A model generated the notes under the pieces. That model did no database searches. It saw only the letters and a list, made by a program, of their open reading frames with translations, and had not been told where the DNA came from. A stretch of 64,000 nucleotides of DNA from Nemertoderma westbladi (taxonomy: Eukaryota > Animalia > Xenacoelomorpha). This document shows, piece by piece, positions 25,860 to 39,209 of this stretch. The stretch covers positions 206,677 to 270,676 of the forward strand of contig JAUCBJ010004893.1 of NCBI GenBank assembly GCA_032718475.1. The letters run 5' to 3'. Position 1 is the first letter of the stretch. Every line of letters starts with the position of its first letter. A program made the translations under genes and the position numbers.

Positions 25860-26646
25860 ACTATCTCTATCAGGCACCCATGACGCTATGGGAGCTCGCT
25901 CTCTATCTCTATCAGGTACCCATGACGCTATGGGAGCTCGCTCTCTATCTGTATCAGGTACCCATGATGCTATGGGAGCTCGCTCTCTATCTGTATCAGG
26001 TACCCATGACGCTATGGGAGCTCGCTCTCTATCTGTATCAGGTACCCATGATGCTATGGGAGCTCGCTCTCTATCTCTATCAGGCACCCATGACGCTATG
26101 GGAGCTCGCTCTCTATCTGTATCAGGTACCCATGATGCTATGGGAGCTCGCTCTCTATCTCTATCAGGCACCCATGACGCTATGGGAGCTCGCTCTCTAT
26201 CTGTATCAGGCACCCATGACGCTATGGGAGCTCGCTCTCTATCTGTATCAGGCACCCATGACGCTATGGGAGCTCGCTCTCTATCTCTATCAGGCACCCA
26301 TGACGCTATGGGAGCTCGCTCTCTATCTGTATCAGGCACCCATGACGCTATGGGAGCTCGCTCTCTATCTCTATCAGGTACCCATGACGCTATGGGAGCT
26401 CGCTCTCTATCTGTATCAGGCACCCATGACGCTATGGGAGCTCGCTCTCTATCTCTATCAGGTACCCATGACGCTATGGGAGCTCGCTCTCTATCTCTAT
26501 CAGGCACCCATGACGCTATGGGAGCTCGCTCTCTATCTGTATCAGGTACCCATGATGCTATGGGAGCTCGCTCTCTATCTCTATCAGGCACCCATGACGC
26601 TATGGGAGCTCGCTCTCTATCTGTATCAGGTACCCATGATGCTATG
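25860..26646. repeat. 42-bp minisatellite CTATCTSTATCAGGYACCCATGAYGCTATGGGAGCTCGCTCT, ~19 copies
   Basis: Directly visible; lies downstream of the otoancorin-like stop codon. Confidence 0.95.
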
Positions 26647-27460
26647 CGTCGCCTAGGGTCTAATATTGTTGTTTACAATTGTCACATAAAGGCTACCGGT
26701 ACCTACTTACCAGTAGGCAAAAGAACAATACATTAAAACAATAGGTTGTTAATTAAAAAAAACACATTAATGGTAAGGTGTTGATATTAAAATAAATTAC
26801 AAGTCGCCACGCACCGCAAAATATTACTAAGTAAAAAGATTAACATTGTTATAATCGGTACTATCTGATAAACATTATTTATTCTACAATAAGTTAAATA
26901 AAATACCTGTGTTTTGAATTAAATCTACACAATATTAATACTCAATTATACAACACAGCCTATTAATATACACAAGGCCAGGAGTAGAGACATGGCAGCC
27001 ACTACTAACATTAAAACAAAACACCGCTAAAGAAAACTTAGAAATACAAAATATAGACAATTCAAATTAAAAAACCTACAGCTGGGGACATTTTATTACA
27101 AATCCTACAACAAAGTTGTACAAAATTATATAATTTATAAACTAGGTAAGTATTTAATATGATATCCTCAATAACATGGTTGGTTCCCATATAACAGTGG
27201 CGCACTAGTTTCTAGCGAATAAATGTTGGTTTACACCGAACTGCTTCTCTGGTTCCGCGGATTCCAGATAATAAATCGAAATAAAATCTACAACTGATTG
27301 TCGAAATTAATTAATTGATTTGTGCAGATATTGTTTCAATAAAAGCAGCCCAGTTCGTTGTTTAATTGCTACCAATCACATCCACTCAATTACATAATAT
27401 ATAATCGTATATTGCATTGTTTGTATGAGTCATCGCATTACTAAAGCGTCTGCTGTTTGT

Positions 27461-27552
27461 CTAGGACGTTTCGAAGCCCATGTAATTCAATAAACTAAAG
27501 ATTATGAGGCAAAAACAGGACAGTTTGTAACTCATCCTCCTCGGTTCACATC
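27461..27552 (-). CDS. Otoancorin/stereocilin/mesothelin-like gene, last exon (GPI-signal-like tail)
   Basis: Acceptor ttttcag|GA, phase 1; G-CEPRRMSYKLSCFCLIIFSLLNYMGFETS-stop; hydrophobic C-terminus after the small residues TSG. Confidence 0.7.
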
Positions 27553-27860
27553 CTGAAAATATGAAAACAATATTGAATTGTAAAATTAGGTTAATTTTAG
27601 TAGAAACTACATAATCTTAGCACGAATTGCATGCATAAACTGGGTCTCCAGTCAGTTTAGATGTAATCCTACATATCTACAAGTAAAGTACTTTACCATT
27701 AACCTCAAAATTAATGAAATATAATTAACTAACTGATCAAAATTTTATATCATCTTTATTAAATAGTGTCATAGTGAACAACAATATAGTAAGTCATAAT
27801 CAGCCATTAATCTTAATTAACCTGATGTAATCTTAGATTTATCGAACATGATTTCCTCAC

Positions 27861-27999
27861 CTGAAGTTCTTTTTTCTTTACCGAACATCGCATACGCGTC
27901 CTCTGGAATGTCAGTTTCGTGATGATATTGAACGATCAACAAGTTTCTCAACTGTTCGTAGGTTAATTCCCGACGTTGTCGATTGTGGACTGCAGCGGC
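27861..27999 (-). CDS. Otoancorin-like gene, exon 6
   Basis: cttccag|GCC...TTCAG|gtgagg; AAAVHNRQRRELTYEQLRNLLIVQYHHETDIPEDAYAMFGKEKRTS; phases fit both neighbours. Confidence 0.8.
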
Positions 28000-28097
28000 C
28001 TGGAAGCGAGTAAAATAAATTTGAATTTAAACAAATAGACCACGGTAAGTCCGATAAGCAAACATCACAATCACAGCTGATCAGGAGTTAAAATTAC

Positions 28098-28240
28098 CTG
28101 TGAAGGAGTTAATTGAGAGAATCGTTGATCCGGGAACTGGCCCATAATCACTCCGTCAATGGCGGGAATTCCGTACTCAGCGGAAACGAACTCGAAATCG
28201 GACCTCGGAACCCTGTTGAGTTCGCTCAGCGTCAGACCAC
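28098..28240 (-). CDS. Otoancorin-like gene, exon 5
   Basis: cctatccag|GT...CACAG|gtaatt; G-GLTLSELNRVPRSDFEFVSAEYGIPAIDGVIMGQFPDQRFSQLTPSQ. Confidence 0.8.
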
Positions 28241-28501
28241 CTGGATAGGAAATACAAACAATTCAAATAATATCTGGCGTAGGTTAAGTTAAGTACAATC
28301 TCACCCACATACTAACGTACGAAAGGATATAAGGCCTGATCACAAATAGTGTTGGTAATTCAACAAAACAAACACATTATTTTCCATACAAATCTTAATG
28401 AGATGATGGGGGCGGTGTCTCAGAATTTTGAGATACGATATTCCATGACAGATTAAATCTGGGTCCATAGCGATCATATCAAAATATAGGTAACTGTCAG
28501 A

Positions 28502-29128
28502 TACTACTACTACTATTGACATCAATGTTGTATAGAGTCTGATTGGAGATGTGTGCATTGTACTTGACACAATGAACCCGGTGTAGCATTCTTGTGAAAG
28601 TGACATCCAGAGATTTGGTATCCTCAGCAGTTAGAGCCCAGCATTGACTCCCATATATGAGTACAGGTACCACTGCTGCTCTAAATAATCGAACCTTAAG
28701 GTTCCGTTTTATTCTATGAGATTTCCAAATCCTGGACAGACTATTTAACACTGCCCATGCCTTCCCCTTACGTATCCGATTCACCAGACTTTCTGATCGG
28801 TGATCCCAAGTAGCAGAAGTCATCCACGTGCTCAAGCAAGCCTTCCCTAGAGCTTATGCCCTTACGATCAGGCATTTCTTGAGGGCTGTCTAGGTTGACT
28901 GTCATGATTTTGGTCTTTTTGTAGTTTACAAAAAAACCAAGACTAGAAGCAACCTGTTCCAATGAGCAGAGGAGCCATTGGGCTCCCTCTAGTGATACCG
29001 AGAGTATTCCTAAGTCATCAACAAAGTGAAGATACCATCACCCCATCATCATTATGATGGTCTAAGGACATGCGTAGAACATTATGAACCACAATTACGA
29101 ATAAGAATGGTGCAAGTGTGTCATCCTG
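28502..29128 (-). mobile_element. Second RTE fragment of the same family, intronic, with (TAG)n tail
   Basis: Minus strand DTLAPFLF, EHVDDFCYLGS, RIRKGKAW, VVPVLIYGSQCWALTAEDTKSLD, closely similar to ~16125-16790; ends in TAGTAGTAGTAG. Confidence 0.88.
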
Positions 29129-29321
29129 AAGATAGATAGATAAACTCTTTTATTATCGATATGGTGAATATATATATAAATTGCACCAGGCAGTCGATTT
29201 AAAATAATTATGTTGTATAGCTTTGCAGCAATCGACATCAACGAGATTCCTCGAAAAGATCCATGGGTTGCCCTTCTTTGGGGCTGGGACCAACTGCTCA
29301 GATACGGTCTGTCATACTCAT

Positions 29322-32300
29322 AGTGTCGGATACTCAGCTATGACTCACCCACTACGGCTCCTATCTCAGCCAATATCGGATACTCAGCTATGACTCACCC
29401 ACTACGGCTCCTATCTCAGCCAGTGTCGGATACTCAGCTATGACTCACCCACTACGGCTCCTATCTCAGCCAATATCGGATACTCAGCTATGACTCACCC
29501 ACTACGGCTCCTATCTCAGCCAATATCGGATACTCAGCTATGACTCACCCACTACGGCTCCTATCTCAGCCAATATCGGATACTCAGCTATGACTCACCC
29601 ACTACGGCTCCTATCTCAGCCAGTGTCGGATACTCAGCTATGACTCACCCACTGCGGCTCCTATCTCAGCCAATATCGGATACTCAGCTATGACTCACCC
29701 ACTACGGCTCCTATCTCAGCCAGTGTCGGATACTCAGCTATGACTCACCCACTGCGGCTCCTATCTCAGCCAATATCGGATACTCAGCTATGACTCACCC
29801 ACTACGGCTCCTATCTCAGCCAGTGTCGGATACTCAGCTATGACTCACCCACTGCGGCTCCTATCTCAGCCAATATCGGATACTCAGCTATGACTCACCC
29901 ACTACGGCTCCTATCTCAGCCAGTGTCGGATACTCAGCTATGACTCACCCACTGCGGCTCCTATCTCAGCCAATATCGGATACTCAGCTATGACTCACCC
30001 ACTACGGCTCCTATCTCAGCCAATGTCGGATACTCAGCTATGACTCACCCACTGCGGCTCCTATCTCAGCCAATATCGGATACTCAGCTATGACTCACCC
30101 ACTACGGCTCCTATCTCAGCCAATATCGGATACTCAGCTATGACTCACCCACTACGGCTCCTATCTCAGCCAATATCGGATACTCAGCTATGACTCACCC
30201 ACTGCGGCTCCTATCTCAGCCAATATCGGATACTCAGCTATGACTCACCCACTGCGGCTCCTATCTCAGCCAATATCGGATACTCAGCTATGACTCACCC
30301 ACTGCGGCTCCTATCTCAGCCAGTGTCGGATACTCAGCTATGACTCACCCACTACGGCTCCTATCTCAGCTGAGTGTCGGATACTCAGCTATGACTCACC
30401 CACTACGGCTCCTATCTCAGCTGAGTGTCGGATACTCAGCTATGACTCACCCACTGCGGCTCCTATCTCAGCCAATATCGGATACTCAGCTATGACTCAC
30501 CCACTGCGGCTCCTATCTCAGCCAATATCGGATACTCAGCTATGACTCACCCACTGCGGCTCCTATCTCAGCCAGTGTCGGATACTCAGCTATGACTCAC
30601 CCACTACGGCTCCTATCTCAGCCAATATCGGATACTCAGCTATGACTCACCCACTGCGGCTCCTATCTCAGCCAATATCGGATACTCAGCTATGACTCAC
30701 CCACTGCGGCTCCTATCTCAGCCAATATCGGATACTCAGCTATGACTCACCCACTGCGGCTCCTATCTCAGCCAATATCGGATACTCAGCTATGACTCAC
30801 CCACTACGGCTCCTATCTTAGCCAGTGTCGGATACTCAGCTATGACTCACCCACTGCGGCTCCTATCTCAGCCAATATCGGATACTCAGCTATGACTCAC
30901 CCACTGCGGCTCCTATCTCAGCCAATATCGGATACTCAGCTATGACTCACCCACTACGGCTCCTATCTCAGCCAATATCGGATACTCAGCTATGACTCAC
31001 CCACTACGGCTCCTATCTTAGCCAGTGTCGGATACTCAGCTATGACTCACCCACTGCGGCTCCTATCTCAGCCAATATCGGATACTCAGCTATGACTCAC
31101 CCACTGCGGCTCCTATCTCAGCCAATGTCGGATACTCAGCTATGACTCACCCACTACGGCTCCTATCTCAGCCAATATCGGATACTCAGCTATGACTCAC
31201 CCACTACGGCTCCTATCTCAGCCAATATCGGATACTCAGCTATGACTCACCCACTGCGGCTCCTATCTCAGCCAGTGTCGGATACTCAGCTATGACTCAC
31301 CCACTGCGGCTCCTATCTCAGCCAGTGTCGGATACTCAGCTATGACTCACCCACTACGGCTCCTATCTCAGCCAATATCGGATACTCAGCTATGACTCAC
31401 CCACTACGGCTCCTATCTCAGCCAATATCGGATACTCAGCTATGACTCACCCACTGCGGCTCCTATCTCAGCCAGTGTCGGATACTCAGCTATGACTCAC
31501 CCACTGCGGCTCCTATCTCAGCCAGTGTCGGATACTCAGCTATGACTCACCCACTACGGCTCCTATCTCAGCCAATATCGGATACTCAGCTATGACTCAC
31601 CCACTGCGGCTCCTATCTCAGCCAGTGTCGGATACTCAGCTATGACTCACCCACTGCGGCTCCTATCTCAGCCAGTGTCGGATACTCAGCTATGACTCAC
31701 CCACTACGGCTCCTATCTCAGCCAATATCGGATACTCAGCTATGACTCACCCACTACGGCTCCTATCTCAGCCAGTGTCGGATACTCAGCTATGACTCAC
31801 CCACTACGGCTCCTATCTCAGCCAGTGTCGGATACTCAGCTATGACTCACCCACTACGGCTCCTATCTCAGCCAATATCGGATACTCAGCTATGACTCAC
31901 CCACTACCGCTCCTATCTCAGCCAATATCGGATACTCAGCTATGACTCACCCACTACCGCTCCTATCTCAGCCAATGTCGGATACTCAGCTATGACTCAC
32001 CCACTACGGCTCCTATCTCAGCCAATATCGGATACTCAGCTATGACTCACCCACTACGGCTCCTATCTCAGCCAATGTCGGATACTCAGCTATGACTCAC
32101 CCACTACGGCTCCTATCTCAGCCAATATCGGATACTCAGCTATGACTCACCCACTACGGCTCCTATCTCAGCCAATATCGGATACTCAGCTATGACTCAC
32201 CCACTACCGCTCCTATCTCAGCCAATGTCGGATACTCAGCTATGACTCACCCACTACGGCTCCTATCTCAGCCAATGTCGGATACTCAGCTATGACTCAC

Positions 32301-35300
32301 CCACTACGGCTCCTATCTCAGCCAATGTCGGATACTCAGCTATGACTCACCCACTACGGCTCCTATCTCAGCCAGTGTCGGATACTCAGCTATGACTCAC
32401 CCACTACGGCTCCTATCTCAGCCAGTGTCGGATACTCAGCTATGACTCACCCACTACGGCTCCTATCTCAGCCAATATCGGATACTCAGCTATGACTCAC
32501 CCACTACGGCTCCTATCTCAGCCAATATCGGATACTCAGCTATGACTCACCCACTACCGCTCCTATCTCAGCCAATGTCGGATACTCAGCTATGACTCAC
32601 CCACTACGGCTCCTATCTCAGCCAGTGTCGGATACTCAGCTATGACTCACCCACTACGGCTCCTATCTCAGCCAATATCGGATACTCAGCTATGACTCAC
32701 CCACTACGGCTCCTATCTCAGCCAATATCGGATACTCAGCTATGACTCACCCACTACGGCTCCTATCTCAGCCAATATCGGATACTCAGCTATGACTCAC
32801 CCACTACGGCTCCTATCTCAGCCAGTGTCGGATACTCAGCTATGACTCACCCACTACGGCTCCTATCTCAGCCAATATCGGATACTCAGCTATGACTCAC
32901 CCACTACGGCTCCTATCTCAGCCAGTGTCGGATACTCAGCTATGACTCACCCACTACGGCTCCTATCTCAGCCAGTGTCGGATACTCAGCTATGACTCAC
33001 CCACTACGGCTCCTATCTCAGCCAGTGTCGGATACTCAGCTATGACTCACCCACTACGGCTCCTATCTCAGCCAATGTCGGATACTCAGCTATGACTCAC
33101 CCACTGCGGCTCCTATCTCAGCCAATATCGGATACTCAGCTATGACTCACCCACTACGGCTCCTATCTCAGCCAATATCGGATACTCAGCTATGACTCAC
33201 CCACTACGGCTCCTATCTCAGCCAATGTCGGATACTCAGCTATGACTCACCCACTGCGGCTCCTATCTCAGCCAATGTCGGATACTCAGCTATGACTCAC
33301 CCACTACGGCTCCTATCTCAGCCAGTGTCGGATACTCAGCTATGACTCACCCACTACGGCTCCTATCTCAGCCAGTGTCGGATACTCAGCTATGACTCAC
33401 CCACTACGGCTCCTATCTCAGCCAATGTCGGATACTCAGCTATGACTCACCCACTACGGCTCCTATCTCAGCCAGTGTCGGATACTCAGCTATGACTCAC
33501 CCACTACGGCTCCTATCTCAGCCAGTGTCGGATACTCAGCTATGACTCACCCACTACGGCTCCTATCTCAGCCAGTGTCGGATACTCAGCTATGACTCAC
33601 CCACTACGGCTCCTATCTCAGCCAGTGTCGGATACTCAGCTATGACTCACCCACTACGGCTCCTATCTCAGCCAGTGTCGGATACTCAGCTATGACTCAC
33701 CCACTGCGGCTCCTATCTCAGCCAATATCGGATACTCAGCTATGACTCACCCACTACGGCTCCTATCTCAGCCAATATCGGATACTCAGCTATGACTCAC
33801 CCACTACGGCTCCTATCTCAGCCAGTGTCGGATACTCAGCTATGACTCACCCACTGCGGCTCCTATCTCAGCCAATATCGGATACTCAGCTATGACTCAC
33901 CCACTACGGCTCCTATCTCAGCCAGTGTCGGATACTCAGCTATGACTCACCCACTACGGCTCCTATCTCAGCCAATATCGGATACTCAGCTATGACTCAC
34001 CCACTACGGCTCCTATCTCAGCCAGTGTCGGATACTCAGCTATGACTCACCCACTACGGCTCCTATCTCAGCCAATATCGGATACTCAGCTATGACTCAC
34101 CCACTACGGCTCCTATCTCAGCCAATATCGGATACTCAGCTATGACTCACCCACTACGGCTCCTATCTCAGCCAGTGTCGGATACTCAGCTATGACTCAC
34201 CCACTACGGCTCCTATCTCAGCCAATGTCGGATACTCAGCTATGACTCACCCACTACGGCTCCTATCTCAGCCAGTGTCGGATACTCAGCTATGACTCAC
34301 CCACTACGGCTCCTATCTCAGCCAGTGTCGGATACTCAGCTATGACTCACCCACTACGGCTCCTATCTCAGCCAGTGTCGGATACTCAGCTATGACTCAC
34401 CCACTGCGGCTCCTATCTCAGCCAATATCGGATACTCAGCTATGACTCACCCACTACGGCTCCTATCTCAGCCAGTGTCGGATACTCAGCTATGACTCAC
34501 CCACTACGGCTCCTATCTCAGCCAATGTCGGATACTCAGCTATGACTCACCCACTACGGCTCCTATCTCAGCCAGTGTCGGATACTCAGCTATGACTCAC
34601 CCACTACGGCTCCTATCTCAGCCGAGTGTCGGATACTCAGCTATGACTCACCCACTACGGCTCCTATCTCAGCCAGTGTCGGATACTCAGCTATGACTCA
34701 CCCACTGCGGCTCCTATCTCAGCCAATATCGGATACTCAGCTATGACTCACCCACTACGGCTCCTATCTCAGCCAGTGTCGGATACTCAGCTATGACTCA
34801 CCCACTACGGCTCCTATCTCAGCCAGTGTCGGATACTCAGCTATGACTCACCCACTACGGCTCCTATCTCAGCCAGTGTCGGATACTCAGCTATGACTCA
34901 CCCACTGCGGCTCCTATCTCAGCCAATATCGGATACTCAGCTATGACTCACCCACTGCGGCTCCTATCTCAGCCAGTGTCGGATACTCAGCTAAGACTCA
35001 CCCACTACGGCTACTATCTCAGCCAATGTCGGATACTCAGCTATGACTCACCCACTACGGCTCCTATCTCAGCCAGTGTCGGATACTCAGCTATGACTCA
35101 CCCACTACGGCTCCTATCTCAGCCAGTGTCGGATACTCAGCTATGACTCACCCACTGCGGCTCCTATCTCAGCCAATATCGGATACTCAGCTATGACTCA
35201 CCCACTACGGCTCCTATCTCAGCCAATATCGGATACTCAGCTATGACTCACCCACTACGGCTCCTATCTCAGCCAATATCGGATACTCAGCTATGACTCA

Positions 35301-35488
35301 CCCACTACGGCTCCTATCTCAGCCAGTGTCGGATACTCAGCTATGACTCACCCACTGCGGCTCCTATCTCAGCCAATATCGGATACTCAGCTATGACTCA
35401 CCCACTACGGCTACTATCTCAGCCAATGTCGGATACTCAGCTATGACTCACCCACTACGGCTCCTATCTCAGCCAGTGTCGGATACTC
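29322..35488 (-). repeat. 50-bp tandem array, ~123 copies; unit = last 37 nt of exon 4 plus first 13 nt of intron (GTGAGT donor)
   Basis: Minus unit GAGTATCCGACACTGGCTGAGATAGGAGCCGTAGTGG|GTGAGTCATAGCT; the first copy is the coding end of exon 35452-35591. Confidence 0.95.
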
Positions 35489-35591
35489 CCAATTATAGGG
35501 ACTCCCATAGACAACCTCAGCAAGAGACTTCAATGATTGGAGGACTTCGTAAGGACAATTTCGAATCATCCCAACCTTTCTGGCAACCAAT
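35452..35591 (-). CDS. Otoancorin-like gene, exon 4
   Basis: tctacag|A...GTGG|gtgagt; R-LVARKVGMIRNCPYEVLQSLKSLAEVVYGSPYNWEYPTLAEIGAVV-G; phase 2 in and phase 1 out match the neighbours. Confidence 0.85.
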
Positions 35592-35727
35592 CTGTAGACA
35601 ATGGTGACAATTTAATTACAAATTTATAAAGTTAACTTGACTAAATAAACACTGTTTTAGGAGTTATATATATTAGAGATAAATAAAACCTATTATATAA
35701 AACACCAACACTAGTTATTCTACCAAC

Positions 35728-36023
35728 CTATACTCCTCCGCAGGTATGAGTTTTATATCAGCGGCCGATAAACCGCATATAATTTCCCCCATCGCAGCCA
35801 AATGATAACTTTTCAGTTTATCAACTGTCACTTTTTGGTCTTTGAGGAATTTCTCTGCCATAAGTCTGGTATGCGTATCAGACCATTCGTAACTCGAGAT
35901 ATATTCAACCACGTCCAGATCTGATAAGTCCAAATTACTGAGATCATTGGGAGATGCCACCGTTAACAGAGGCCCCAACTCGCCTATGTGCTGGGGTGTC
36001 CACTTTTCAACCCGACCCCACTC
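35728..36023 (-). CDS. Otoancorin-like gene, exon 3
   Basis: ttttttag|GAG...TATAG|gttggt; EWGRVEKWTPQHIGELGPLL...LAAMGEIICGLSAADIKLIPAEEY, matching the LG..LCGL....I..I pattern of otoancorin/stereocilin. Confidence 0.85.
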
Positions 36024-36156
36024 CTAAAAAAAACAATTCCCTAGAAGGCCTCCCAATAGACACAAAATGTTCGACCCGAATTCAGTTTATCAGATATGAT
36101 TCTATATTGGTTATAAATGATATTAATAAGAAGATAAGGGGATCGCCTCCCCTTAG

Positions 36157-37064
36157 CCCCACCGCACCATCCCGTTGTAGATTAGCCACTAACCTGCACT
36201 GCGTTCTCTAACCCCTCCATCCCGTTGTAGATTAGCCACTAACCTGCACTGCGTTCTCTAACCCCACCATCCCGTTGTAGATTAGCCACTAACCTGCACT
36301 GCGTTCTCTAACCCCTCCATCCCGTTGTAGATTAGCCACTAACCTGCACTGCGTTCTCTAACCCCACCATCCCGTTGTAGATTAGCCACTAACCTGCACT
36401 GCGTTCTCTAACCCCTCCATCCCGTTGTAGATTAGCCACTAACCTGCACTGCGTTCTCTAACCCCTCCATCCCGTTGTAGATTAGCCACTAACCTGCACT
36501 GCGTTCTCTAACCCCTCCATCCCGTTGTAGATTAGCCACTAACCTGCACTGCGTTCTCTAACCCCACCATCCCGTTGTAGATTAGCCACTAACCTGCACT
36601 GCGTTCTCTAACCCCTCCATCCCGTTGTAGATTAGCCACTAACCTGCACTGCGTTCTCCCCACCGCACCATCCCGTTGTAGATTAGCCACTAACCTGCAC
36701 TGCGTTCTCTAACCCCTCCATCCCGTTGTAGATTAGCCACTAACCTGCACTGCGTTCTCTAACCCCACCATCCCGTTGTAGATTAGCCACTAACCTGCAC
36801 TGCGTTCTCTAACCCCTCCATCCCGTTGTAGATTAGCCACTAACCTGCACTGCGTTCTCTAACCCCACCATCCCGTTGTAGATTAGCCACTAACCTGCAC
36901 TGCGTTCTCTAACCCCACCATCCCGTTGTAGATTAGCCACTAACCTGCACTGCGTTCTCTAACCCCTCCATCCCGTTGTAGATTAGCCACTAACCTGCAC
37001 TGCGTTCTCCCCACCGCACCATCCCGTTGTAGATTAGCCACTAACCTGCACAGCGTTCTCTAAC
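36157..37064 (-). repeat. ~50-bp tandem array, 18 copies; unit = last ~19 nt of exon 2 plus GTTAGT donor and intron start
   Basis: Minus unit GTTAGAGAACGCWGTGCAG|GTTAGTGGCTAATCTACAACGGGATGGWGGG; occupies nearly the whole intron. Confidence 0.93.
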
Positions 37065-37453
37065 AGACTTTCCTTCTGTGAGTAGGTCCACGGCACGTCT
37101 AACCGACTCAGATAGCCGACGCAAGCATTGAAGTCCCCGGGCTCCATATCCCGGAGTTTGAAGGAGTCCCATATTGTGTTCCCGAAGCCCAGGGCCTTCA
37201 TCTCCTGGCACTGTGGCCGGTGGTGCAGACTACGACGTCTTCGGGCACCCTTTCCTCTCATCACCCGGGTGTACGCCACGGCCACCGCCTCCCGACACTG
37301 CTGCACCCGTAGGCCGAGATTCTCCCGTCGCATCACCGGCTGCTCTACAGACAGGGCGTGTTGGCAACGCGATTCCCGTTCCAGACGCCGGTTCCGCTGT
37401 TCCATCGAACCGCCCAAGTTGAGTATCGCTGGGGCGCGATTCGCAATAATTAC
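37046..37453 (-). CDS. Otoancorin-like gene, exon 2
   Basis: Probable acceptor tttcattgaag|GTA (5' end less certain); furin-like RRRR; PQCQEMKAL...W....L..M...DF..CV..L...LLENAVQ; donor CAG|gttagt, phase 0. Confidence 0.75.
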
Positions 37454-39209
37454 CTTCAATGAAATAATATATAATTGCGCTGGAATTTAGGACGGGTCGA
37501 CCCCAATTATTAGGTAATTAAATAGTAAGGCGATCGTAAGGTAGGTAAGGGACGGCGTTAAAGTGAAACACCTACCCACAATCCGGGGGGTGGGGGGGTG
37601 TGGGGGGTGTGGAGGGGGGTGGGGGGGGAGGGGGGGGTGGGGGGGGGGGGGGGGATGGCGGGAATGAACGTGATATTGATAAATTAGATCAGGTTGCTAC
37701 TGTTAACTATAAACAGTTCATTTTCCTTTAGTGAGACAAAAAGATCCAATATGCATCCATGCTCGACCATCAGCAATCAGAAGTCGGGAATAAAAAACAA
37801 ATAAAAGTTAACCTGTTTAACAAAAAGAGAACTAACTATAAAAACAAATTTCCGTTGATGTTAATGAATTCAAGTGGCTCTTATATTTTTGATTTTCAAT
37901 TTAATAAAATGCATTTCATGGAGATCAATAATGCACTCGTACAATATACAATGGTTCATTTCAATAACATCAGATTAGCTGAGAAAGTAAATAGGTAGTT
38001 AACAACGAATTGATTTGAATCATTTGGTCGCATAAACATAAATTGTATAACTGCCTTTAATGGCGTATTCAGTGTGCAACTGCATCATACGCCTGCATCG
38101 CACGTCTGAGTATAAGAAAATAAAATATTATTATTCAATTATTAAGATAGTGGTGCGCATTCACCGCAATTAAAAAACGTTTACTCCGTTCAAAGTGGTC
38201 GCATATGAAATCATTATTGTTTTGTTTAGAAAATAGCGACACTGTAATCTGATCTTTTAAATTAAAACTAACCGCCCGATAAATTGGATGGCAATTTCAA
38301 TTTCACAAATTATTATCAAATTAAGGATTATCATCTGAAATATAACTGTTCGGCGCTCCGAAAAATTTGAATTTTATTTAAATTTTTTGGAGCGCCGCTG
38401 ATTCACAAATACCTTTGTTTGTTTATAGCATTAATACATTTTATTACCATTATACTTTATTTTAGATCGTCATTATGAGTTTATTGCCTTACCGGGCTTC
38501 GGTCTATCTGCTGCATAATTATATTCCTAATTAATGATACACCTGTGTTTCCTCCCTGGTTTATTAGGTCTCTTATAAGATTTATGTGCACCCCCCCCCC
38601 CCCCCCCCTTCCCCTCCCCTCTCGTGCCTATAATGCCCCCTCCCCCCGCCCCCTCGTGCCTATAATGCCCCCCCCCCACACACAAAAAAAAAAATTTCCA
38701 CTGGTTATTCAGGTGTTAAAGAATTTAGTAAAGTTGCAGTGAACATAGAATACAAAACTCTTGAGGAAACCAAAGGCTCATCTCTCTTGGGTATTACCTA
38801 TAAGACAAGTGGGCTGGCAGGGAAGGCCGCCACTCTAACTCCCAAGGGATGGGATACTAACTATCAGACAATATATTCAGTCACCCGCAGCAGAAGCCAA
38901 GGTTCCCATTGTGCCCCTTGGTTTGTATAAAGATGTAAAATTGTACGAAATGCATACAGTCTTTACTCGGATTTGAACCCTCGCCATCCGACACTATGGT
39001 GAAGGCAGTTCAGGCGCTGTATTATTAACTGAGGTTTAATGGAATTACTAGTGTTTATCTCATTAATGTATATTTTTATTGACAACTGATGCAGATGATG
39101 GAAAAGTAAAGAGTATTCCGATCGATATGGGTTTAATTTAAGATTATAATTTTGATAATTATAATTATGTGTGTCTCGTTATTCGATATAATATTTGCCG
39201 CAGTTACAA

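Noticed and set aside
25839-26736. Three overlapping 14-aa repeat ORFs
   Set aside because: A 42-bp unit open in several frames, with no convincing unique flanking coding sequence.
29322-35451. Array units as Dscam-like alternative cassette exons
   Set aside because: Only 13 intron nt per unit and no polypyrimidine tract before the AGs, so they duplicate donors, not complete exons.
37586-38680. G-rich and C-rich tracts with G-quadruplex potential
   Set aside because: Low-complexity runs that are common and error-prone in assemblies; no specific evidence of function.
38965-39030. Second tRNA-like segment (GGGTTCAAATCC on the minus strand)
   Set aside because: B box only; the A box and stems are too degenerate to call.
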